Shown here: positions 39,667 through 47,933 of the stretch, piece after piece | Position numbering within the stretch: the first letter of the stretch is position 1 | How the letters are laid out: each line of letters opens with the position of its first letter | Assembly: GCA_050015095.1 (NCBI GenBank) | Contig: JBEKCC010000003.1 | Coordinates: forward strand, 27,388 to 91,387 | Length of the DNA: 64,000 bases | Direction: 5' to 3' | DNA from: Methanoregulaceae archaeon | GTDB taxonomy: Archaea; Halobacteriota; Methanomicrobia; Methanomicrobiales; Methanospirillaceae | Notes under the pieces: model-generated | What the model saw: only the letters and a program-made list of their open reading frames with translations | What the model was told of the DNA's origin: nothing | The model's database searches: none | Made by a program: the position numbers and the translations under genes

Positions 39667-40128
39667 TTATGGACTTGTGCTTCCCGTTGTGCTCGGGTTG
39701 TTTGCCGCTTTTAGTTTCCCGTAGTGATCCTTGATGGAGTCCCGCATCTCTTGAAGATACTGCTTCCAGAGTTCCTTGAGATCGTTGTTGATTGTCTTTA
39801 ATGCATCTTTGTCCTTGTTGTTCAGAGCGGTCTGAAGTTCAGTGCCCTTTGCGCTGATAAAATTTAAAGTGTTCTGCATCTGTGTGGTGTCAATACCATA
39901 TTTGTTGAGGATTACGATGACATCGGTCGCATGCTGGATGTGTAAGTTAAATTCCTGCATCCGTTCTGTCACATGATTATTCCAGAGATCGTCTTTCAAT
40001 CCCTTATCAATTGCATTCGCATTGACATTGGTTCCTTGCCCGACTGGTGCTGCCGCTGCCGGAAGAACCAGCATGCCTACGAGGCAGAAAGCTAGGAATA
40101 CTCCTTTAACGATTGTTTGTCTATTCAT
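39667..40128 (-). CDS. secreted helical protein related to the 33828 repeat protein
   Basis: GGAGG lies 9 nt upstream of the ATG at 40128. The signal peptide is MNRQTIVKGVFLAFCLVGMLVLPAAAAP. The motif KYGIDTTQMQNTLNFISAKGTELQTALNNKDKDALK resembles the KGVDVSQ.KTALQN.D repeat. Confidence 0.55.
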   Translation of the reverse strand: MNRQTIVKGVFLAFCLVGMLVLPAAAAPVGQGTNVNANAIDKGLKDDLWNNHVTERMQEFNLHIQHATDVIVILNKYGIDTTQMQNTLNFISAKGTELQTALNNKDKDALKTINNDLKELWKQYLQEMRDSIKDHYGKLKAANNPSTTGSTSP

Positions 40129-40299
40129 GGTTTTTGTTCCTCCTTTGGGTTGGTGTGGGTGTTCCACGCACCCTGATCCTTGGTTCATTGCAGGAGCTTA
40201 TGTATTGATGAAATGGGTTTGATTCTAGGTTTGAACCAGAAAGGGGAATGGTTGAACTAAGTGGTTACATGCTGTCCAAGAGAGAGAAAAAAGCGATGG

Positions 40300-41178
40300 T
40301 TATGATAATATAATATCAGTTGTTTCGATTTCGTGACTTGTGATATCTTTAGCAGTGACATTATAGGATCCTGGTGTCGTGATGCTCAATACATGGAGAG
40401 AATGAATCCAATTATTATCGGAATTCACTGAACTGGTTCCGTGATACCATACAAAATTTCCTTTCACTGAATTGATAGTTACTTCAATAGTTTTTCCGGC
40501 AGTGTCGGTACCAGAGACCGTTATTATATCTCCTACATGGAAAAGCCGGTCGCCAGAAACTGTCATAGTAACGGATCCTTTCTCTGCTTTCACAGTTGTC
40601 CGATCATAGGAGTTCTTAGTAATATCCATAACCGTTATCGTATAGGAACCGGGTTGAAGTGTATAATCCGTTGACCATTGGTAATTCCACGTTTCTAAGG
40701 AACAAATTCCAGAAGAAAGTAGGGTTCCACTCATGTTTTGATTGAGATTTGATATCAATTGGATTGTATCCCCGGTAATACATGTTCCTGAAAATGAGAT
40801 GGGATTACCGATGAAAATAGAATTCTTATTCGTCTGAATCGTAACGTTTCCATCGCGTTGAGGTGGTAACTTCGTACTTGTTGGGACAGGTTGAGTAGTG
40901 ACAATGGGTGTCGGAACTGGCGTTATTACCGATTTACTTTGAGAAGACGATGTTGGCATTCCAATAATAACTGCAGCAATTCCGGCTACGATAATAATGA
41001 CTACAATGCCAATAATGATTTTTAATGCCGGGGTCCACTTTTTGTCCATTCCAACAGGTTTGATCTTGAATGTCCCAACTTTTGCCAGATCCGCTCCACA
41101 ATGATTACAGAATTCGGCATCATCTGGATTTTCTTTACCACACGCGTTGCAGTACATAACAATTGAACGATTATCCAT
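40300..41178 (-). CDS. zinc ribbon, TM and two-repeat ectodomain surface protein
   Basis: The zinc ribbon is YCNACGKENPDDAEFCNHCG. The TM helix is IIIGIVVIIIVAGIAAVIIG. A Thr/Pro-rich linker follows, then beta-rich repeats (GDTIQLISN / GDIITVSGTDTAGKTIEV). Confidence 0.6.
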   Translation of the reverse strand: MDNRSIVMYCNACGKENPDDAEFCNHCGADLAKVGTFKIKPVGMDKKWTPALKIIIGIVVIIIVAGIAAVIIGMPTSSSQSKSVITPVPTPIVTTQPVPTSTKLPPQRDGNVTIQTNKNSIFIGNPISFSGTCITGDTIQLISNLNQNMSGTLLSSGICSLETWNYQWSTDYTLQPGSYTITVMDITKNSYDRTTVKAEKGSVTMTVSGDRLFHVGDIITVSGTDTAGKTIEVTINSVKGNFVWYHGTSSVNSDNNWIHSLHVLSITTPGSYNVTAKDITSHEIETTDIILS

Positions 41179-41404
41179 CGCCTACTAATAAAAATATCTA
41201 TTATAATGTGTTAAAATCAAAAATTCGGTTCGTTATTTTTCTTTTATAGTTTACTTACACTTCAAACACTACAGGATGTTTAACCCCCCGGTTCAATCAA
41301 TGCCCTTGATAGGTATGAGAATAACTTCGCCTATTTTGCCAATATATATTGCATTCCCGCCAACCACCGTATCAGGAGAGTCGTTCAAAGGAGGAATATG
41401 AACA

Positions 41405-41701
41405 ATGACAAACGTTAGAGATATGATCAAACAGGTTGAGATTGTCTTTTATGACCATGAGTACCCCCTGACTAAAAAGGAACTGGAGGGTATGCTCAAA
41501 ATTCTCAAAACCATTTACATTCACAACAAGCTGAACAGAGCAATGCACCACACACCAACTGCAATTGCGTCAAAAAAAAGTGGAGTTTTCCGCAACACAA
41601 TCTCGAGTTATATATGCACCACATTGAAAAACGTCAACAGATACTCAGTACGGCACTCATTTGTCACTCATGAATTGTTTGCAGTTCAAAGCACATCCTA
41701 G
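41405..41701 (+). CDS. hypothetical protein
   Basis: 98-aa ORF with AGGAGG upstream. I recognise no motif. Confidence 0.3.
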   Translation: MTNVRDMIKQVEIVFYDHEYPLTKKELEGMLKILKTIYIHNKLNRAMHHTPTAIASKKSGVFRNTISSYICTTLKNVNRYSVRHSFVTHELFAVQSTS

Positions 41702-41830
41702 CCCTAGTTCAACTCTTTTCAAGCATTCGGCCTCAAGTCATCCCTTGTGGACCATAACCTGTCTGTATAGAAAAATAGACGATACTAAAATGCTATACGT
41801 ATGTACTTACCATAAAATGTGGAATATTTC

Positions 41831-42097
41831 ATGACAACAGTATACCCTTCCAAGGAGATAGCACTCGGCGCTGGGTGTATTTTAGTAGATCTTACGGTAG
41901 ACGCATGGAGAAAAATCAAGCCGAAAAAAAAGAAGCTAGCTTTTGTCCCTGACAAGACCGGGGAAGATGCTTGTGAAATCGAAGTCTATACCATAAAAAA
42001 CAGAAAGGGTGAAAATATAGAACTTGGCCTCACCCCAACCAAAAAAGGTTTTGAATTATGGATAATCATGCCAGATGGCTCTGTTAAAAAGACATAG
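41831..42097 (+). CDS. hypothetical protein
   Basis: ORF reading MTTVYPSKEIALGAGCILVDL.... The track start at 41819 is GTG. No motif recognised. Confidence 0.3.
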   Translation: MTTVYPSKEIALGAGCILVDLTVDAWRKIKPKKKKLAFVPDKTGEDACEIEVYTIKNRKGENIELGLTPTKKGFELWIIMPDGSVKKT

Positions 42098-42218
42098 TGT
42101 GAATACAAGATATCAGGCACTTTCAGCCAATCTAAAGTTCTTTTTCGTGTATATACACAAATGTAATAAAAGAAAAATGGAGAACCAAAAAGCTCTCCAT
42201 TGTTAGCTTCCAATTCTT

Positions 42219-42632
42219 CTATTTTGCAAAAAGCAACGGCGGTAATAATGTGAACAGAGTGACCAAAATCGTACCCCAATAGGGCTGATACCATGAAAAC
42301 ATCACAAATGGCCCGCCAAGCGTATAGACCCAGATTACAAACGCCGCCGTTGATATAACGATCTGGGTTGTTGCCATAGGTAGTAGGTCATGGGATGTCG
42401 TTTTCCAGGTATAGAGTGCGGTTAGAGCAATCAGAATTACGAATACAATCCATTGTGTTGTGAGAGTGGGGGGATGTTCCACGGACATGAAAATAGCGTT
42501 GATGCTGATAAACGCTGCAACAATTTCTGCGGGGATATAATTGAGGATCTTTTCTGTTATATCCTGATCGGGCAATGTTTGCACGATTTGTTTATCCGCT
42601 TTGGTAAATACTCTCCGAGAAATTTCTATCAC
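42219..42632 (-). CDS. four-TM membrane protein
   Basis: 137 aa with four hydrophobic helices. No family recognised. Confidence 0.4.
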   Translation of the reverse strand: MIEISRRVFTKADKQIVQTLPDQDITEKILNYIPAEIVAAFISINAIFMSVEHPPTLTTQWIVFVILIALTALYTWKTTSHDLLPMATTQIVISTAAFVIWVYTLGGPFVMFSWYQPYWGTILVTLFTLLPPLLFAK

Positions 42633-42753
42633 CGACGAAGAATATGTATACCTTGATAATTAAGATTATCGGTAAATTAAAAAAAGATCGGTGTGTCTGT
42701 AAAAGTATATTGCTCCGAATAACGCACGTACACAAAATAATGCAGAGGGTAAT

Positions 42754-43758
42754 ATGGCATATCCTTTTCTTTCAAAAGATGAGCCCATTATTCTGACAGC
42801 GCAGGATGTTGTTGTAAGTGGCGTCAAGATGGAGGCGATCCTTACAAACAAACGGTTCGTTCTTCTTGAGAGTAGGGAGAATCAAATTCTTCATGAGGAT
42901 ATTCCGCTTGCGACTATAAGTTCTGTAATGACTAGAGAGAACTCCCTGCGAGAAGCGTCCCTAACCCTCTTTACAACCATTCCCAACGGTGAGACAAAGC
43001 CAGTAGAGATTGTATTTATCCAGCGACCCGGTGTTTTAAAAAAACAGGATCGCGACCGGTTGGTGACAAAACTCAAAGAATACTGCCCTTCATTAGAGAC
43101 AGAGGAAATCAATCCCAAACAACCGTTTTTGAGCCAAGGTTCGGGAACAGGTCCTGCCGCTCAATCCCCAGAACAAAAACTTACTCCTACAAGCTTATCA
43201 AAACCACCCAAGCCCCCGAGTCCTGTTGAAGCTTTTCTCGACCGGATACCTCTCATGGCGATTCCTGCTCTATTAGTCATTATCGTTGCAGTTGTTGGAG
43301 GAGCTTTTACTTATATTCAAATATTGCACGAAAAACCAATTGATCATTCTGGTCTTGCACCCATTCACACGAACACTATACAAACAATAGCGATTCCCGC
43401 TCCAACCACTCCCCCACTAATCCAACAAAATTTCACATCACAGGTTATCCCAAGAACTATGTCACCGCTTCAGCTCACTATTCCCACAACTGGTGTCTGG
43501 GTAGCAGTGAAATATGTGGGGAATTTTACGGGATCGGTTGGTGCAGGTGGGATCCTGCAAGCGATTAATGCCACAGGTGACCAAGTATATCGCGTTCCTG
43601 CACATCACGATATTGTTGACGTATCGATCATGAAGGAAGACGGTTCAGGTACGATGCTTGCTGTCGAGATCTATAATAACGGAGTGATGGTTACACGTCG
43701 CAATATGACGGCCCCTTGGGGTTTAATTGACATCCATTTAGATTTGAAGAAAATATAA
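42754..43758 (+). CDS. PH/GRAM-like head, Pro-rich linker, TM and conserved ectodomain protein (paralogue 3)
   Basis: The head is MAYPFLSKDEPIILTAQDVVVSGVKMEAILTNKRFVLLE...KKQDRDRLVTKLKEY. The ectodomain reads TGVWVAVKYVGNFTGSVG..ATGDQVYR..IMKEDGSGTMLAVEIYNNG. Confidence 0.7.
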   Translation: MAYPFLSKDEPIILTAQDVVVSGVKMEAILTNKRFVLLESRENQILHEDIPLATISSVMTRENSLREASLTLFTTIPNGETKPVEIVFIQRPGVLKKQDRDRLVTKLKEYCPSLETEEINPKQPFLSQGSGTGPAAQSPEQKLTPTSLSKPPKPPSPVEAFLDRIPLMAIPALLVIIVAVVGGAFTYIQILHEKPIDHSGLAPIHTNTIQTIAIPAPTTPPLIQQNFTSQVIPRTMSPLQLTIPTTGVWVAVKYVGNFTGSVGAGGILQAINATGDQVYRVPAHHDIVDVSIMKEDGSGTMLAVEIYNNGVMVTRRNMTAPWGLIDIHLDLKKI

Positions 43759-43959
43759 CTCCCCAATTCGATTTCCTATAAAAAAAATTTGCCGCACCCG
43801 CACACACTTCGGACACAACCATCCCAAACGTTTTCTCTGTTTTTCGATTCTGATTAATTAACAAGACATTGTTTTTTATCATCTGCAAAAATATGTGGCG
43901 GGACTTATCGTTATTCCCCCCACCTGAAAAGGTATATCAACATAAAATCTAATTTAAAC

Positions 43960-44355
43960 GTGTTTATGGATGAAAATGCAGTGTCGGAAGTACTTGCAGA
44001 GATTTTGATTGTTGCACTTGTCGTGATTATTGCCGCAATTATTGGAGCAATGGTCTTTGGTCTAGTGCCTTATCTACAAAATACAAAAGTTGTTGGTATA
44101 ACTGCAACCCGGTTTAACCAAAGCAATATCACTGTTACATACAGTGGAGGTCAGAATCAAGGGGATTTATATTGGTTGAACATTTCAGTCAATGGTAATT
44201 ACATTCGGTCGATGGGTACCCTTGGAGGCACAACGCCCGTGATTGTAGGCAATTCGACACTGATTCCAGGTAGATTACCCGGTCGGGATCACGTCGTAAT
44301 TGTAGGTTCATTTTCTAATGGATATCAGCAAGTGCTTATTGATACATACGTATAA
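43960..44355 (+). CDS. archaeal type IV pilin-like protein (class III signal peptide, DUF1628-like)
   Basis: Contains ENAVSEVLAEILIVALVVIIAAIIGAMVF followed by a beta-rich domain (ITVTYSGGQNQGD...HVVIVGSFSNGYQQVLIDTYV). The ATG at 43966 may be the true start. Confidence 0.65.
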   Translation: MFMDENAVSEVLAEILIVALVVIIAAIIGAMVFGLVPYLQNTKVVGITATRFNQSNITVTYSGGQNQGDLYWLNISVNGNYIRSMGTLGGTTPVIVGNSTLIPGRLPGRDHVVIVGSFSNGYQQVLIDTYV

Positions 44356-44661
44356 TTTTTCACCCCACTTTGGGAGTTATGCGATTTGAGTAATGATACG
44401 AAGAATTCAAATAAAAATGCCTTAAAACAGAGAATTGAATTGGAAGATTTAGAGGACATTTCCGATTTAAAGTTAAAAGAGATTATATCGAAGATCGCCG
44501 AAGAAGAGTTAATCGATCAATTAGGAAAAAATCAATAATTTACATAGTAGGGCGTTAAAAGATACATAGTTCCTTTAAACTGTTGCTGGACCGGCCATCT
44601 AAAAATATCAACTTTCACTAGTTACCCAGTGCAATTGAATTGTGGAAAAGATCAGAGATAA

Positions 44662-45326
44662 TTACCTAGTTATTTTGAGTTTATGATCTGCATCCTGAAA
44701 TAGAATATCGGCTTTTGTTGTGTCAGCAGATATAACAACACCATTCGGAAAATCAAGGGATGTTACGATTTTTCCTAACCAACTGGATATGAGAGGAAAT
44801 ACCGCGATATCCTGAGTGACAATAATCAGCATATCCCCAGAACGAATGACCGAATAGTTTAGAACGGTCTTGAGTATTTTTTCAGCATACTGATCCGGAC
44901 CCCAAAGAATACCAAGAGAAATGTTCCCTTCCATCCAATTCTTCATCACTTGCGAATACCCCCGTTCTTCCCGAAGAGCGATGTACGTGTTCATATCAAT
45001 AATGGGGTTATAAACTCATGTGCATAACCGAGATCCGTTGAGAGAATTGCGGAAGAATACCCCCCTCGTATAGCTCGTGCGGTCATTTCGCATCTTTTGA
45101 CACTATTATAACTAAGGAAAATTCGTTTGTTTGGACTGATTTGTCGTAGGGATGCTCCGAATTCACGAGCCATTCTAATACCTTCCGGTGTAATTTCCAC
45201 CGCTTCTCGTAGATGGTCAGGAATTCCTTGAAATGATGGTCGTTTCGAATGCCGAATGAGAGCAACGATCCGAGCATTTTCCGAAACATCTTTTAACAGA
45301 TTTAAGATGTATTTGCAGAAGATCAT
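44662..45326 (-). pseudogene. histidine-phosphatase-superfamily gene split into two ORFs that overlap by 4 nt
   Basis: ORF1 contains VALIRHSKRP (RHG-type motif) and NSVKRCEMTA. ORF2 contains MLIIVTQDIAVFPLISSWLG, where the second catalytic His position is Gln. The ORF2 frame is open upstream to VYNPIID, overlapping the end of ORF1. Confidence 0.4.
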
Positions 45327-45576
45327 TCACAACCCCAATTATTGGTATCGGAACCCTATTACAAGTTTACGATTGTGGATAACCGTGCTTATACATCACT
45401 GTCATGCATACGGCTTTTAAACCTGGGTTATTTTTAAAAATTCACCTGTTTAATTATTAACAATCGATGTTATGATCTTAGACGTTCACTTTTTATTAAA
45501 TTCTTCAATTTATCCGTACTTTCAAATTAGAGATATGATCGTATGACGTGTCCCATTTTTTCATGTAAATACGATA

Positions 45577-46365
45577 TTATGAAACTAGTGCATTCATTTG
45601 AGCCAAAATATCAGATAGATTTCTATTTTCAGTTGAAAGCGCTGACGATAGCTGATTCACTTCTCCGAGCAAAATACCAACTTGAATCGCTTCAGCATCC
45701 ATTGACTTTTTATAATTCTGTCCGTCTTGGGTGATGGGTTTACCAACATAATTACTGTTGTAATAATTGACCATTTGTTGATAATTTGCTCTTTGAGAGT
45801 TGTATAGAGCAACTTTTTGGTTATATTCATCTTTTAAATTGTTAATTTTAACAACTTCGTCATTGTAATTTGTTTCAAGAGTTAAATAGGACTTAAATTG
45901 TTTTGGTGTGATGAAGCCCCACCCCTTATAATAGCGGGAATTATCTTGAACCGCGTAGCCACCGGTTGTTTCTAAAGCTAACCACGAATTTGAAGCCACT
46001 TCAGCAAGAATCCATGCATGATCTGCTTCACTTATGTTCGAAATGTCTTTGTTTACATTACCAACTTCAATTTTGGAGTTAATGCCTTTTGTCTTTAAAA
46101 TATCCCAGACATCACTTGCCATATCTCCGCAAACGTAAATATTATTGGCAAAATAGGTGTGGTCTTTGTGATAATCTGCGATGACTTCTTTAGCTATTCG
46201 AATATTTTGTTCTTTTTGAGTTTCGAATGATAATGGCGTAACATATGTTGGTGTCGCATAATTCTGTGATGGAGTGTTATACTGATCATTACTTGTATTG
46301 TTGACACAGCCTACAATGAGAATCAAGAATAATAATAAAAGTAAAAATGAAAGCGAATTTTTCAT
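45577..46365 (-). CDS. lipoprotein with a transglutaminase-like (Cys-His-Asp/Glu) peptidase core and a coiled-coil tail
   Basis: The signal peptide ends in IVGC. The core reads VCGDMASDVWDILKTKGINSKIEVG...ADHAWILAEV..NSWLALETT. Confidence 0.55.
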   Translation of the reverse strand: MKNSLSFLLLLLFLILIVGCVNNTSNDQYNTPSQNYATPTYVTPLSFETQKEQNIRIAKEVIADYHKDHTYFANNIYVCGDMASDVWDILKTKGINSKIEVGNVNKDISNISEADHAWILAEVASNSWLALETTGGYAVQDNSRYYKGWGFITPKQFKSYLTLETNYNDEVVKINNLKDEYNQKVALYNSQRANYQQMVNYYNSNYVGKPITQDGQNYKKSMDAEAIQVGILLGEVNQLSSALSTENRNLSDILAQMNALVS

Positions 46366-46399
46366 TGGATTGATCCTTATTGATTTGCATAATTATATT

Positions 46400-46588
46400 T
46401 TAAAGAATTAAAGTTGTTGATACCGTTTCCAGGATCGGCAATTTCAACCAGAAATGCAATTCTGCAAGTAACTTCTTTCCTAGTGTTGCGGTCACATGTT
46501 TTTCGAAATGGTAGATCTGTCCTGACCTTGTTCTTGCTATGGGAGTTTCTTCAGTAAGTAGAACCGACAGACGTTTCCGGTCATTCAC
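46400..46588 (-). CDS. short UPF0216/DUF61-like protein, possibly truncated
   Basis: RKRLSVLLTEETPIARTRSGQIYHFEKHV...LKLPIL resembles the C-terminal half of the family as I recall it. The upstream sequence is non-coding. Confidence 0.25.
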   Translation of the reverse strand: MNDRKRLSVLLTEETPIARTRSGQIYHFEKHVTATLGKKLLAELHFWLKLPILETVSTTLIL

Positions 46589-46671
46589 TATCCCCTACCA
46601 TAATAAATATCTTCAAAATTTTTTGAAGTTATAGGCATTTATTTAAAATTTAAAATGAAACCGTAAACTCT

Positions 46672-47163
46672 ATGAAATCACATCTTCACGTTCAACGACA
46701 CATTCTCCCAACAATCTGCCTTATAACAGCGTTAATAATGATGTTACTTGCGTGTGGCTGTACGCAGCAATCCGCAGGGTCTTCAACCTCAATATCTCCT
46801 GTAACGATGACAACTCAATCTCTTGATCAAGGAAAGCAGATGGTAACGTTCAATGAGGCAAACGACGGATCAACAGTCAATGTTAGCTGGACATCAAAGT
46901 TTGCTGTCACACTCGAAGAGAATCCAACAACGGGTTATTCATGGAATATGACGCTGTCTCCTGGACTTGAGCTTGTCTCAAACAATTACATTGAAAAAAC
47001 CCATGCCGCCGGAATGGTAGGTGTTGGAGGGACGCGTACTTGGATCATACAGGCAAACGACATCGGGAGCCAGAAAGTTACTGCAATCTATAAACGCCCG
47101 TGGGAAGCTACAACCGGCAACGAAAAGCCCTATTCGTTGACCGTGAATGTCATCAAACTCTGA
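46672..47163 (+). CDS. chagasin-family (MEROPS I42) cysteine-peptidase inhibitor, lipoprotein-like
   Basis: All three chagasin loops are present: NPTTGYSW, GMVGVGGT and YKRPWE. The signal peptide ends in LLACGC. Confidence 0.8.
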   Translation: MKSHLHVQRHILPTICLITALIMMLLACGCTQQSAGSSTSISPVTMTTQSLDQGKQMVTFNEANDGSTVNVSWTSKFAVTLEENPTTGYSWNMTLSPGLELVSNNYIEKTHAAGMVGVGGTRTWIIQANDIGSQKVTAIYKRPWEATTGNEKPYSLTVNVIKL

Positions 47164-47285
47164 AATTAAAGCGAACTGGTGATATTGACATTCATCATCA
47201 CTGATTTTCTTGTAGAGAATTCTCTTTCTCTTTATATCATGAAAAGAATCTTTATGATATTTTAAAAAAGTTGCCGGAAAATGAA

Positions 47286-47555
47286 TCAGGTTGTATCCTT
47301 TTTTCCAGAAAGAATTTTCTTGGTCATAGTCATTATCCATTGACGGTTCAGGAACAAATGAACAGCCACAAAAACGCCAAGAGCGAGACCAGACCAATCA
47401 TGAATGTCACTGATGAACGCCATCGGAAGTGGCAGTTCGTACAATCCCAGCATCCGCTGGAACAAACTGAATTTGAAAAGCCCGGTTACAAAACTGACGA
47501 GAAATGTGATACCCATTCCGAGATCAACACACCATTTGACGATTACTATCTGCAC
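47286..47555 (-). CDS. DUF4405-like small membrane protein
   Basis: Contains GMGITFLVSFVTGLFKF and HDWSGLALGVFVAVHLFLNRQW. Confidence 0.45.
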   Translation of the reverse strand: MQIVIVKWCVDLGMGITFLVSFVTGLFKFSLFQRMLGLYELPLPMAFISDIHDWSGLALGVFVAVHLFLNRQWIMTMTKKILSGKKDTT

Positions 47556-47668
47556 ACGACCACACTATATCCTATTACCTGAGATTGAGTTCCAGGATAA
47601 AGGATTTTTGGAAACGGCAATATACTAATATATAATTATTGAACGAGTATTTGGTGAGGAGGGAGGTC

Positions 47669-47884
47669 ATGAAATTCGGTGAAAATAATGTTGCTATGGC
47701 GGATCGAACTATTAGGATTGCCATTGCAGTGATCCTCTTTGCATTTATCGTTTTAAAAGACGTTAAAGGCTGGTTAGTATACCTTGTATTTATTATCGGG
47801 CTCATTTTCTTGATAACCGGTCTTGTAGGAACCTGTCCGCTGTATTCGATGTTCGGTATTGGCACAGCACCTAAGAAAAAGTAA
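47669..47884 (+). CDS. DUF2892 (YgaP-like) membrane protein
   Basis: GGAGGGAGG lies just upstream of the ATG at 47669. Contains ADRTIRIAIAVILF and LITGLVGTCPLYSMFGI. Confidence 0.6.
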   Translation: MKFGENNVAMADRTIRIAIAVILFAFIVLKDVKGWLVYLVFIIGLIFLITGLVGTCPLYSMFGIGTAPKKK

Positions 47885-47933
47885 TCGAAAAATTTTCCTT
47901 TTTTAGTCAATTGACATAAAACCAAAAGAGGGG

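Noticed and set aside
46978-47397. 139-aa minus-strand ORF bridging the chagasin gene end and the DUF4405 gene
   Set aside because: It overlaps two better-supported genes on both sides, and only about 120 nt is unique. The composition is not protein-like.
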